A stretch of DNA of 64,000 nucleotides from Deinococcales bacterium (GTDB lineage Bacteria > Deinococcota > Deinococci > Deinococcales > JAAFIG01). Where the stretch lies: assembly GCA_013298185.1 (NCBI GenBank), contig JAAFJQ010000003.1, positions 694 to 64,693 of the forward strand. The letters run 5' to 3'. The notes under the pieces were generated by a model. The model was not told the DNA's origin. It worked only from the letters and a program-made list of their open reading frames with translations, and did no database searches. Numbering within the stretch: the stretch's first letter is position 1; each line of letters opens with the position of its first letter. The position numbers and the translations under genes were made by a program. Shown here one piece after another: positions 1-9,063 of the stretch.

Positions 1-655
1 GGGGAGTTTTACTGCCGATGATACCAGGGCTAATTTGCGTTTCGGGAAACGAATTATTTATATGTTCGCTAACAGTTTTGATTTGATTGTGGATGGACAA
101 GACATTCGCCTCAATGCCCCTGTGCTGTTCCAAAATAAGCGCTGGCTTGCCCCTCGAGTCCTCCTCGAGGCATTGCAACTCCGAGCGCCTGCGGCAGTTC
201 CAAGTGCCAATCCTGTGCAGAATTTTGAGTTACCGTGGGAAGAACTCGAGATTAAACCGGGTGTGTTTGGATTGCATTTATTTTATACTTCCGAATTTAA
301 CAGCACTAACGATGCCAGCCTGTTTTTGATGCCTTTTGAACAAGTCTCTAAACTCGAGAATAACTTGCAAAGCAATGTTCAAAAAGTCCTAGCGAACCTC
401 AACCTCGAGCAAGCAGGCAAAATTCTGTATTTCTCGGTGGTGCTAGAAGAAGGCAGCAACCCAATCAACCAACTCGAGTTTATCCAAGGCGCAACCCGTT
501 ACAGCGTCGAGAACGGCGCGGGGTTGTACAGTTTTTCAGGTGCATTCCCCAAAGCCAGTTTGGGCGCAATTAAACTACCAACCAGCTTTAATCTGCGCTT
601 ACCCATTCGAGTGGTTTGGGGCGACTCGAGCGCCGATTACGTGTTTGTGCGCTAA
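1..655 (+). CDS. hypothetical protein, 5' end probably outside the window
   Basis: The frame is open from nt 2 to the stop at 653-655. The first possible start inside the window is TTG at 35. No diagnostic motif recognised. Confidence 0.4.
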   Translation, partial: GSFTADDTRANLRFGKRIIYMFANSFDLIVDGQDIRLNAPVLFQNKRWLAPRVLLEALQLRAPAAVPSANPVQNFELPWEELEIKPGVFGLHLFYTSEFNSTNDASLFLMPFEQVSKLENNLQSNVQKVLANLNLEQAGKILYFSVVLEEGSNPINQLEFIQGATRYSVENGAGLYSFSGAFPKASLGAIKLPTSFNLRLPIRVVWGDSSADYVFVR

Positions 656-743
656 GTATCTCCCGCTTTCATTTTAGAATTTTCAAAAAGCGGCAATTCT
701 TTCATTACAGCGTGAGATACGCTGACCTTACTCCTGTTAGTCG

Positions 744-776
744 GAAATGTTTTAGCAAAAAACGCTAAAACATTTC
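744..776. other. perfect 13-bp stem-loop in the gap upstream region
   Basis: GAAATGTTTTAGC (744-756), a 7-nt loop, then GCTAAAACATTTC (764-776). No T-tract follows, so it is not a classical terminator. Confidence 0.4.
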
Positions 777-937
777 AGGGAGGTACTTAGTGTGTCAGAG
801 AAAAGAAAAAAGGCAAAAGAGGAAAGTGAAACTCTGCACTCGTTTCTCGAGTGTTGCGTAAGTGATTGTAAAAGCAAATCATAGGCTTATTGCCATCAGT
901 CCAGACAACCCAATACAAAAGCCTCACAACTCGGGTG

Positions 938-964
938 TTAGAATACCGTGGTTGTGTATTCTAA
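938..964 (+). promoter_or_regulatory. candidate operator upstream of gap
   Basis: Inverted repeat TTAGAATAC-N9-GTATTCTAA ends 24 nt upstream of the gap ATG, just before the GGAGG RBS. Confidence 0.3.
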
Positions 965-1987
<1,023 letters not shown>

Positions 1988-1998
1988 TCGTATATCTC

Positions 1999-2026
1999 GT
2001 AGGGGCGCAGCGCGCTGCGCCCCTAC
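1999..2026. repeat. perfect 28-nt GC-rich palindrome (GTAGGGG hairpin family) between gap and pgk
   Basis: GTAGGGGCGCAGCGCGCTGCGCCCCTAC is its own reverse complement. Related hairpins occur at 26520-26541, 27833-27850, 36348-36368 and 56735-56817. Confidence 0.8.
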
Positions 2027-2041
2027 GGTAGAGGTGAATGT

Positions 2042-3223
2042 ATGCCTATGAAAACCCTTGATGCCCTCGAGTTAGACGGTAAGCGCGTTCTGGTTCGGGT
2101 GGATTACAACGTCCCGCTCGAGGATGGCGTGGTTTCTGATGACACGCGCATCGTGGCGAGCTTGCCAACCATTCGTAATTTGCTGAGCCGCAATGCCAGC
2201 GTGATTCTGATGAGCCACTTTGGTCGCCCCAAAGGTGTGGATGATAAATTCCGCCTTGCGCCTATTGTGCCTGTGCTGGAAAAAGCCCTTGGTCAGGGCG
2301 TGCAGTACATCAGTTCTAAACCCGCCAGTGCTGAGACGGCTCAAGCCCTGCAAAGCCTCAAACCCGGGCAAGTCGCGTTGCTCGAGAATGTGCGTTTTGA
2401 AAGCGGTGAGGAGAAAAACGATCCTGAATTGAACCGCGCCTTAGCTGCGCTTGGCGATGCCTTTGTGCTGGATGCTTTTGGTAGCGCTCACCGCGCTCAC
2501 TCGAGCGTGTCTGGTGTGGCTGGTTTGTTGCCTCATGCGGCTGGTTTCTTGCTCGAGAAAGAAGTGTCGCAACTTTCTAAGTTGCTGAATGACGCTGTGC
2601 AGCCTTACGCAGTGATTCTGGGCGGTGCAAAAGTCTCGGATAAAATTGCTGTGATTGAAAACCTGTTGCCTCGAGTTCAAACCATGTTGATTGGTGGGGC
2701 AATGGCATTTACGTTTATTAAAGCGATGGGCGGAAAAATTGGTAAGAGCCTTGTCGAAGACGATAAGCTCGACCTTGCTCGAGACATCCTAGCCAAAGCC
2801 AAAGCTCGAGGCGTGAATCTGCTGATTCCCACTGATATGGTGATTGCCCAAGAATTCAAGGAACACGCCGAGAATAAAGTCGTGCCAGCCGGTGAAATCC
2901 CTGATGATTGGATGGGCTTGGACATTGGACCCGCTTCGACGGCTGCGTATATCGCTGCGCTGCAAGGTGCTAAAACCGTGTTCTGGAATGGACCGATGGG
3001 GGTTTTTGAAATGAAACCCTTTGACACAGGCACTTTCGCGCTTGCTAAAGCCGTGGCGGATTTATCCGCGACTGCCTTCACTGTGGTTGGAGGCGGCGAT
3101 AGCGTGGCAGCCATCAACGACTCTGGCAATGCCCCAAAAATTGGGCATATCAGCACGGGCGGCGGCGCGAGTCTCGAGTTGCTCGAGGGCAAAACCTTGC
3201 CTGGTGTGGCGGCACTCGAGTAA
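2042..3223 (+). CDS. pgk: phosphoglycerate kinase
   Basis: 393 aa. Motifs [20 protein letters not shown] and STGGGASLE. The start could also be the ATG at 2048. Confidence 0.95.
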   Translation: MPMKTLDALELDGKRVLVRVDYNVPLEDGVVSDDTRIVASLPTIRNLLSRNASVILMSHFGRPKGVDDKFRLAPIVPVLEKALGQGVQYISSKPASAETAQALQSLKPGQVALLENVRFESGEEKNDPELNRALAALGDAFVLDAFGSAHRAHSSVSGVAGLLPHAAGFLLEKEVSQLSKLLNDAVQPYAVILGGAKVSDKIAVIENLLPRVQTMLIGGAMAFTFIKAMGGKIGKSLVEDDKLDLARDILAKAKARGVNLLIPTDMVIAQEFKEHAENKVVPAGEIPDDWMGLDIGPASTAAYIAALQGAKTVFWNGPMGVFEMKPFDTGTFALAKAVADLSATAFTVVGGGDSVAAINDSGNAPKIGHISTGGGASLELLEGKTLPGVAALE

Positions 3224-3830
3224 AGATTTGTCCGTCAATAACTTCCTGATTTGAAATAAAAATGTAACTCAATCCTAAGTATTTAGGTGCAAAAAACTTA
3301 ACCCCACCTAGCGCCTCGAGTTGCTGCTCGAGGCTGGCTTTATCTTGGCTTGGGCGGCTGTTGGCATCGCCGGGCAGTGTACCAACCAGCACTTCTAAAG
3401 CATCAGGGTAGCCATCGGCGTCGTTGTCTGCTTCGAGTTTATAGTTCTGGTCATAGCGTTTTTGCAAGTCAGCTAATTTTTCACTTGGTTTGTCATCGCG
3501 TGAAGCTGGATTTGTGCCAACCATGCGTTCGATCACATCGGGGTAGCCATCGCGGTCTGTATCGCCGCCGTAACGCACTGCGCTGTAAATCGCATCGGTA
3601 ATGCTTTGTTTCTTGCCGCGCCAAAAACCCACAGCCAAACCAAAATTATTCCAAGGCGCGTCCCCTCGAGCATTCACATGACACATCTGACAATCGGCTT
3701 GTGCCAATGGGCTACTTGCCACCCGCTCGAGTTTGAGGACTTTATAAGCACTGCCTTCAAATCCACTGCGAGCCAGAACTACGCCGCCAGCCACAAAAGC
3801 CAGAACTCCAAGAAAACGCAAGGCAGTCAT
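3150..3830 (-). CDS. secreted protein with a CxxCH haem-c motif and two thrombospondin-type-3-like Ca-binding repeats
   Basis: N-terminal hydrophobic signal ([14 protein letters not shown]), CQMCH, and DTDRDGYPD and DNDADGYPD repeats. The last 24 codons overlap the pgk 3' end on the other strand, so the true C-terminus is uncertain. Confidence 0.55.
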   Translation of the reverse strand: MTALRFLGVLAFVAGGVVLARSGFEGSAYKVLKLERVASSPLAQADCQMCHVNARGDAPWNNFGLAVGFWRGKKQSITDAIYSAVRYGGDTDRDGYPDVIERMVGTNPASRDDKPSEKLADLQKRYDQNYKLEADNDADGYPDALEVLVGTLPGDANSRPSQDKASLEQQLEALGGVKFFAPKYLGLSYIFISNQEVIDGQIFTRVPPHQARFCPRATRDSRRRPC

Positions 3831-3881
3831 ATACTTTTAGATACCCATTCCCCTCGAGAAGTTCCCAAGAAAGTCTAACCG

Positions 3882-3903
3882 CATAGCTCAAAGCTCATAG
3901 CCC
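3882..3903. repeat. heptanucleotide array (AGCTCAT/AGCTCAA type) directly after the kinase stop codon
   Basis: The gene strand reads TAA-A-GGGCTATGAGCTTTGAGCTATGC. Confidence 0.8.
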
Positions 3904-3904
3904 T

Positions 3905-6001
3905 TTATTTCGGACGTACAAACATGGCTAAGCTCTGCACAGGCGAATACGTTTCAATGGTTTGAATCAGGCTGCAATCTGGTGCGAACTTGCGAATCAG
4001 ATGCCCACCGCGTCGCGCCACATAAAGGTTGCCTTGTGGGTCAAGCACCAAATCAAGCACCTGGCTCGAGTCCTCGCCTTGGAGGGATTCAATCACCGCG
4101 TTTGGTCCTTGAGCGCCTTTGGGTGGTAGTAAAGTGCGGATTCTTGAGGCGGTTGAATCAGAAATATAAACCGAGCCTGAAGCCGAAGCGGTCACACCAT
4201 CCAAAACCCGCAGTTCAGGTGCGTCTTTGTTGACCTTAAACGAGTAACGGTTTAGGTATTCACCTTCTGGTGAGAAACGCTGAATGCGTTTATTGCCATA
4301 ATCAAGCACGTAAATCATGCCATCAGCCGCTGCCACCACATTGCGTGGGTCTTCAAATAAGCCTTGGGCTGTGCCACGCCCACCGAAACGCCCAATGTAA
4401 TTGCCATCAAGGTCAAACCGCGAGATGCTGTACGATTCGCCATCCAAGACGTAGAGCTGATTCCAGTGCGCCACGGAAAGCGACATTGGGTAAAGCAGTT
4501 CGCCTGGTTTCATGCCATAGGCACCAAAGGCAAGCAGTTGCTTATGGTCTTTATCAAATTTTCGCAGCAAACGCGCCGTTGGGTCATTGGAGCGGTACTC
4601 GAGGATCGAAACATAGAAATTCATGGCGGAGTCAACACCAATTGCCACGGGCGCTCCGGGCAGTTGCCCTGCGGCGATCTGACCAAAGCTGCGCTCGAGG
4701 TTGCCATTTAAGTCAAGCACCCGAATCGGTCCTTTGCGGGTGTTTAAGCTGACCACCAAATGGGCGGGTCCTTGCAGGTCGGTTTGTTGGTCAAACAATC
4801 CTTTGTCTATTTCTTCGATCACTTCGGTCAGGGTTGGGCGTTTATCAGGGTCTTTGTCAATCATTCGCATGATCAGATCATTTAACTTGGGAGGCACTTC
4901 AAGGTTAATCTGACGCGGTGGTTGAGGCGTTTGGAAAATCTGAGCTTGCACCACGGCTTCGTAACCGCCCTTAAAAGCGGTTTGCCCAGTTGCCATTTCA
5001 TAAAAAACCAAGCCTAAACTGTAAATATCGGTACGATGATCAATTTTGTTACCTCGAGCCTGCTCGGGACTCATGTACACAGGTGTTCCAACCCGAGCGC
5101 CCGTCATGGTCAAACGGGTCAGCACCCGTCCTGCGGCAATTCCAAAGTCCATCAGCTTGACGCTACCCAACTCGAGAACCGCGTTGGGATCGGTTTTAAT
5201 CGCGTTTTTCGTGACCATCACATTACCGGGTTTAATGTCACGGTGAATGATGCCTTGCTTATGTACATAACGCAGTGCATCCGAGACTTGTTTGATGATC
5301 TGCACGCCTTGTTCTAAAGTTAAGCGGCGGGTTTCAATCAGACTCTCGAGCGCTTCGCCTTCGATCAGTTCCATGGCAATAAAGTGCGTGGCAGCTTCGT
5401 TGTTATGCTCAAAAACCCGCACCACATTCGGGTGATTGAGTTTCATTAAGACATCGGCTTCACGGTGGAAACGCCGCACAAAACGCGCATCGGCAATAAA
5501 TTTATCCTGCGGGATTTTAAGCGCCACCATTTTATTGTCATCTTTGCGACGCGCCTTATAGACAGTTGCCATACCACCAATTCCGATTCGATCCAAAGTT
5601 TCGTAACGGGTCAGTTGCGTTCCAGCATCCATGTTTTTCTTACCACCAATACTGGTCAGGGTCGGGGTTTTGGAGGCTTGAGCCGCAGGACCTTTGCGTT
5701 TTGGCTTGCGGCGCACTTGCGGCGCCGCATCAGACTCGAGCGGCACAAGCGAAGCCGCCACCAACAAACCAATCACGGCGAGTATGGCAATGCTTCGTTC
5801 AGGTCGGGCTTTGCCACCACCAAAACTGGGATTGGAATTCAGGACAAAAAGACCAATTGCAACAATCAGCAAAAACCCTGAAACGGTGTAGATTAAAATT
5901 CTGGCAGGCACACGCCAAAAAATAAAAACCGATAAGCCAAAAAGTGCTAGTAACAACGCAAAAGTCAGCAGGCTCACGCGACCACCTGTGCAATGATACA
6001 A
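3905..6001 (-). CDS. Ser/Thr protein kinase with three N-terminal TM helices and a C-terminal NHL-repeat beta-propeller
   Basis: Hanks kinase motifs GIGGMATVY, VALK, HRDIKPGN, DFGIA and GTPVYMSPE. The C-terminal half has repeated YVLD/YVSD NHL-like blades. An alternative GTG start at 5977 gives a GTGA overlap with the PP2C stop. Confidence 0.9.
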   Translation of the reverse strand: MYHCTGGRVSLLTFALLLALFGLSVFIFWRVPARILIYTVSGFLLIVAIGLFVLNSNPSFGGGKARPERSIAILAVIGLLVAASLVPLESDAAPQVRRKPKRKGPAAQASKTPTLTSIGGKKNMDAGTQLTRYETLDRIGIGGMATVYKARRKDDNKMVALKIPQDKFIADARFVRRFHREADVLMKLNHPNVVRVFEHNNEAATHFIAMELIEGEALESLIETRRLTLEQGVQIIKQVSDALRYVHKQGIIHRDIKPGNVMVTKNAIKTDPNAVLELGSVKLMDFGIAAGRVLTRLTMTGARVGTPVYMSPEQARGNKIDHRTDIYSLGLVFYEMATGQTAFKGGYEAVVQAQIFQTPQPPRQINLEVPPKLNDLIMRMIDKDPDKRPTLTEVIEEIDKGLFDQQTDLQGPAHLVVSLNTRKGPIRVLDLNGNLERSFGQIAAGQLPGAPVAIGVDSAMNFYVSILEYRSNDPTARLLRKFDKDHKQLLAFGAYGMKPGELLYPMSLSVAHWNQLYVLDGESYSISRFDLDGNYIGRFGGRGTAQGLFEDPRNVVAAADGMIYVLDYGNKRIQRFSPEGEYLNRYSFKVNKDAPELRVLDGVTASASGSVYISDSTASRIRTLLPPKGAQGPNAVIESLQGEDSSQVLDLVLDPQGNLYVARRGGHLIRKFAPDCSLIQTIETYSPVQSLAMFVRPK

Positions 6002-6756
6002 GTGATGTTATCTAAGCCACCACGCGAATTTGCCATGCCAATAAAGTAATCCACCGCACTGCTTAAGTTCAGCGCCCGACGGCTGAGTTCCTCGAGGAAT
6101 TCGTTATCCTCGACAAAACCATGCAAACCATCCGAGGACAATAAGAAAATATCACCAACTTTAATTGGAACAACACCAATGTCCACCAGCACCTCGGCTC
6201 GAGTGCCAAGCGCTCGCATCAATTGATTACGATTTGGATGATTCTGAGCTTCTTCGGCAGTCAGAATGCCATGCTCAACTTGAAAACCAACCCAAGAGTG
6301 ATCGCGGGTGACTTGGGAAATCTCGCCGCCCCGAATCAAATAGGCTCTGGAATCACCCACATGCCCATAAATCAACTGCCGTTCTTGGGCAATACAGACT
6401 GTAATGGTTGTTCCCATACCACTGTACTCGGGGTTCTCGAGGGCTTCACGGTTGATGCGCTTATTGGCAGCCACTAAGGCTCGTTCTAAGGCTTTATCCA
6501 AAGGAATGGCTTTATTGCCTGCACTGGTAAAATCCACATAATCAGACACGGCTTTGGAAACCACTTCAATTGCAGTTTTACTGGCACGCTCTCCAGCGGC
6601 TGCGCCACCCATGCCATCCGCCACTGCAAAAAAATGCACAGCGTTACGCCCACTTAAAAAAGTCTTCACGCGGTGGTAATCCTCGTTGTGGTCACGAACG
6701 CGCCCGACACTCGAGCCGTGACCAAAGATGACATTGCTTTTCGTTTGCACCACCAT
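5974..6756 (-). CDS. PP2C-family Ser/Thr protein phosphatase
   Basis: 260 aa. Motifs RDHNEDY, AVADGMGG, DGL and DNIT. Overlaps the downstream kinase gene. Confidence 0.9.
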   Translation of the reverse strand: MVVQTKSNVIFGHGSSVGRVRDHNEDYHRVKTFLSGRNAVHFFAVADGMGGAAAGERASKTAIEVVSKAVSDYVDFTSAGNKAIPLDKALERALVAANKRINREALENPEYSGMGTTITVCIAQERQLIYGHVGDSRAYLIRGGEISQVTRDHSWVGFQVEHGILTAEEAQNHPNRNQLMRALGTRAEVLVDIGVVPIKVGDIFLLSSDGLHGFVEDNEFLEELSRRALNLSSAVDYFIGMANSRGGLDNITCIIAQVVA

Positions 6757-6918
6757 AAACTCCTGATTCCGACCGCTATTTAGTCTAGCATGAGACTGTC
6801 ACAACAAACTCACCGCAAATCTACCACAGTTAAGCCTCTGAAAGACAAAATGTGAAAAACTCGGCAGTAAACTCAGCCATAAACGCCTAGAGTAACCTTC
6901 CTTGAGGAGGGGACAGCC

Positions 6919-7260
6919 ATGACTTACGCGGTTCGACTTGATCTGAGTATCAAAAGTGGCAAGCGTCGCAACGACATTGCTGTGCGAGTCGCACCGCACC
7001 TTGGGCTAAGCATCCCCGACTTAGAACGCCAACTCGAACGCCCCGAAAAAAGCATTTTGGTTCGCAGCAACAAACGCAGCGCGGCAGAGTTTATTGCACG
7101 CTGGCTCAGGGCTTACGGCGTTCAAGTGACCGTCTTAGAACTACACGAAGTTGGAACAGTCATACGCTTAAACCGACACTCGAGCCTGACCATCCCACCA
7201 CGCGCCAATGGTTTCACTCGAGTTTCACTGGGGCGGCAACCAGCACCAACCTTGTGTTAA
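6919..7260 (+). CDS. hypothetical protein
   Basis: 113-aa ORF with a GAGGAGG RBS 6 nt upstream of the ATG. No motif recognised. Confidence 0.45.
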   Translation: MTYAVRLDLSIKSGKRRNDIAVRVAPHLGLSIPDLERQLERPEKSILVRSNKRSAAEFIARWLRAYGVQVTVLELHEVGTVIRLNRHSSLTIPPRANGFTRVSLGRQPAPTLC

Positions 7261-7283
7261 GTCAAACCTGTTAAACTAGCCCC

Positions 7284-7610
7284 ATGAGCGAACTCATCTC
7301 AGAAGACACCGTTATCGGCACAGGCGCAACCGCAACCAAAGGCAACATGGTCAAAGTGCATTACACAGGCATGTTCCCCGACGGGCGGATCTTTGACTCG
7401 AGCCTGCCACGCGGCGAAGCATTTAGTTTCCCATTGGGCGCTGGGCATGTGATCAAAGGCTGGGATGAAGGTGTAGCAGGTATGAAAGTCGGCGGTAAAC
7501 GCAAACTGACCATTCCACCGCACTTGGGATACGGCGCTCGCGGCGCTGGCGGAGTGATTCCACCCAACGCCACACTGGTTTTTGAAGTTGAACTGCTCGG
7601 CGTGGAGTAG
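7284..7610 (+). CDS. FKBP-type peptidyl-prolyl cis-trans isomerase
   Basis: 108 aa. Motifs [41 protein letters not shown] and [10 protein letters not shown]. Confidence 0.92.
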   Translation: MSELISEDTVIGTGATATKGNMVKVHYTGMFPDGRIFDSSLPRGEAFSFPLGAGHVIKGWDEGVAGMKVGGKRKLTIPPHLGYGARGAGGVIPPNATLVFEVELLGVE

Positions 7611-7678
7611 AATGTTGGTATGACCCAACTCGAGCAAGTCTTATCCAAAAAAGCCTTTGCTGCTTTAGAACAAATTCG
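7602..7678 (+). repeat. copy 1 of a 77-nt identical direct repeat (fkbp 3' end plus antitoxin 5' end)
   Basis: GTGGAGTAGAATGTTGGTATGACCCAACTCGAGCAAG...CAAATTCG is identical to 8213-8289. Confidence 0.95.
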
Positions 7679-7895
7679 ACGATCACGCGGAATTCGTTCT
7701 CGAGCCAAAGCACTGGAAATGTTATTGCTCGAGAATATGCCTGACGAAGATGAAATCAATGGTCAGATTGTCCACAGCCCCGAAGATGCAGCTATTTTTG
7801 CAGCCCGAGTTGCCTCGGCTAAAGCGGGAAATACCATTCCAGCCGAAGAAGTTTGGCGTATGTTGGACGAAAAAATCCGAAAGTCCGAACGGTGA
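7620..7895 (+). CDS. ribbon-helix-helix-like type II antitoxin (copy A)
   Basis: 91 aa. The N-terminal 37 aa are near-identical to the ORF at 8231. Its stop overlaps the GTG of the downstream RelE/ParE-like gene (GTGA). Confidence 0.7.
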   Translation: MTQLEQVLSKKAFAALEQIRRSRGIRSRAKALEMLLLENMPDEDEINGQIVHSPEDAAIFAARVASAKAGNTIPAEEVWRMLDEKIRKSER

Positions 7896-8188
7896 GACGC
7901 TTAGCTGGTGTACCACTACAAATCAGATTTCAGTCTGATTCACCAAAAGAGTTGTTGCAACTTGCGCCACATGACGCTGTTGCCGTTCGAGAAGCGCTTG
8001 GAGAACTGGCTTTGACAGGACTCGGCGATGTCAGACCATTGGCAGGATCAAAAGAATCGTTTCGATTACGGGTGGGCAAAGTCAGGATTGAGTTTTATGT
8101 CGAGCCAGATGTTCAACTTTTGGTCGCAACCCGAATCTTTTACCGTCAGGAAGGCTATAAAACCAAGGGACGCTCGAGACGAAGATAA
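7892..8188 (+). CDS. RelE/ParE-family type II toxin
   Basis: The GTG at 7892 overlaps the antitoxin stop. The pattern FRLRVGKVRIEFYVE...VATRIFYRQEGY is typical of RelE/ParE toxins. Confidence 0.7.
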   Translation: MRRLAGVPLQIRFQSDSPKELLQLAPHDAVAVREALGELALTGLGDVRPLAGSKESFRLRVGKVRIEFYVEPDVQLLVATRIFYRQEGYKTKGRSRRR

Positions 8189-8212
8189 AAGAACATCGGG
8201 TGTATTGACCAA

Positions 8213-8289
8213 GTGGAGTAGAATGTTGGTATGACCCAACTCGAGCAAGTCTTATCCAAAAAAGCCTTTGCTGCTTTAGAACAAATTCG
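8213..8289 (+). repeat. copy 2 of the 77-nt identical direct repeat
   Basis: Identical to 7602-7678. It includes GTGGAGTAG, the last codons and stop of fkbp, so it was copied from the first junction. Confidence 0.95.
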
Positions 8290-8479
8290 TCGTGCCAGAG
8301 GTATCCGCTCGAGAACCAAAGCCCTCGAGATTGCACTGCTCGAAGTGGCTGAGGATGACGAAGTCATCAGTGATGAAGAGCTTGCATTGATTGATGAGCG
8401 TCTAGCGGAAGCAACTCGAGGTGAGGTTATTCCGGCCAGCGTTGTTTATGCAGAGTTTGATAGGTTATATCAAACGTGA
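8231..8479 (+). CDS. ribbon-helix-helix-like antitoxin paralogue (copy B)
   Basis: 82 aa. The MTQLEQVLSKKAFAALEQIRR start is shared with copy A, but the C-terminus diverges. Its stop overlaps the GTG of the next gene (GTGA). Confidence 0.65.
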   Translation: MTQLEQVLSKKAFAALEQIRRARGIRSRTKALEIALLEVAEDDEVISDEELALIDERLAEATRGEVIPASVVYAEFDRLYQT

Positions 8480-9063
8480 AAACGCAGGAAATTACACCAT
8501 TTCAAGAGCAATTACTTTCGCTCATTTCTGGTTTAGTAATTGCTAAAAGTACAGATGTCTCATTCTTGAATAATTTCCATCTCGAAGGATACCTTGATTG
8601 GGAAATCAACAAGTATGAGAAAGATTTTGACTTTACTTTTCCTCGAGTTTACCGTGAATTTCTTGGGATCATTGGTAAATTCAAGAATGAAAGTAATAAT
8701 TACCTCATTAGACATAACGAATACAGTCAAATTTTTAACGCCAATATTTCTCTCAAAGGTATGTTTGACACAAAAAAATTATTCTTTGAATCATTCCAAG
8801 ACGGTCAGAGTATCGGGGTTTCATTTCCTTCTGAGAATCAAAATTTAATGTTTTACTCAGAATGGCAGAATTCAACATGGGAATTTTTTATTGCCAACGG
8901 TGATGACCCACAAGTGTTTCATTTTAATATTTTTGAAGGCATTATTGATTTGCAATGTACTTTTTCTGAACGAATTTGTTTTCTCCTTAAACGTGAAATT
9001 CGACAGGCTTCATTGGGTAAAATTCCAATGAGCGAATCAAAATCCGAAGTGTTCTTGGTATGA
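8476..9063 (+). CDS. SUKH/SMI1-KNR4-like protein in the toxin position of the module
   Basis: 195 aa and visibly AT-rich. FPRVYREFLGIIGKF resembles the LPxxYxxFL core of SMI1/KNR4. The TGA stop overlaps the ATG of the next gene. Confidence 0.5.
   Translation: MKTQEITPFQEQLLSLISGLVIAKSTDVSFLNNFHLEGYLDWEINKYEKDFDFTFPRVYREFLGIIGKFKNESNNYLIRHNEYSQIFNANISLKGMFDTKKLFFESFQDGQSIGVSFPSENQNLMFYSEWQNSTWEFFIANGDDPQVFHFNIFEGIIDLQCTFSERICFLLKREIRQASLGKIPMSESKSEVFLV

Noticed and set aside
2677-3192. 171-aa ORF on the minus strand.
   Set aside because: It is antisense to pgk. It is an artefact of the stop-poor opposite strand of a strongly supported gene.
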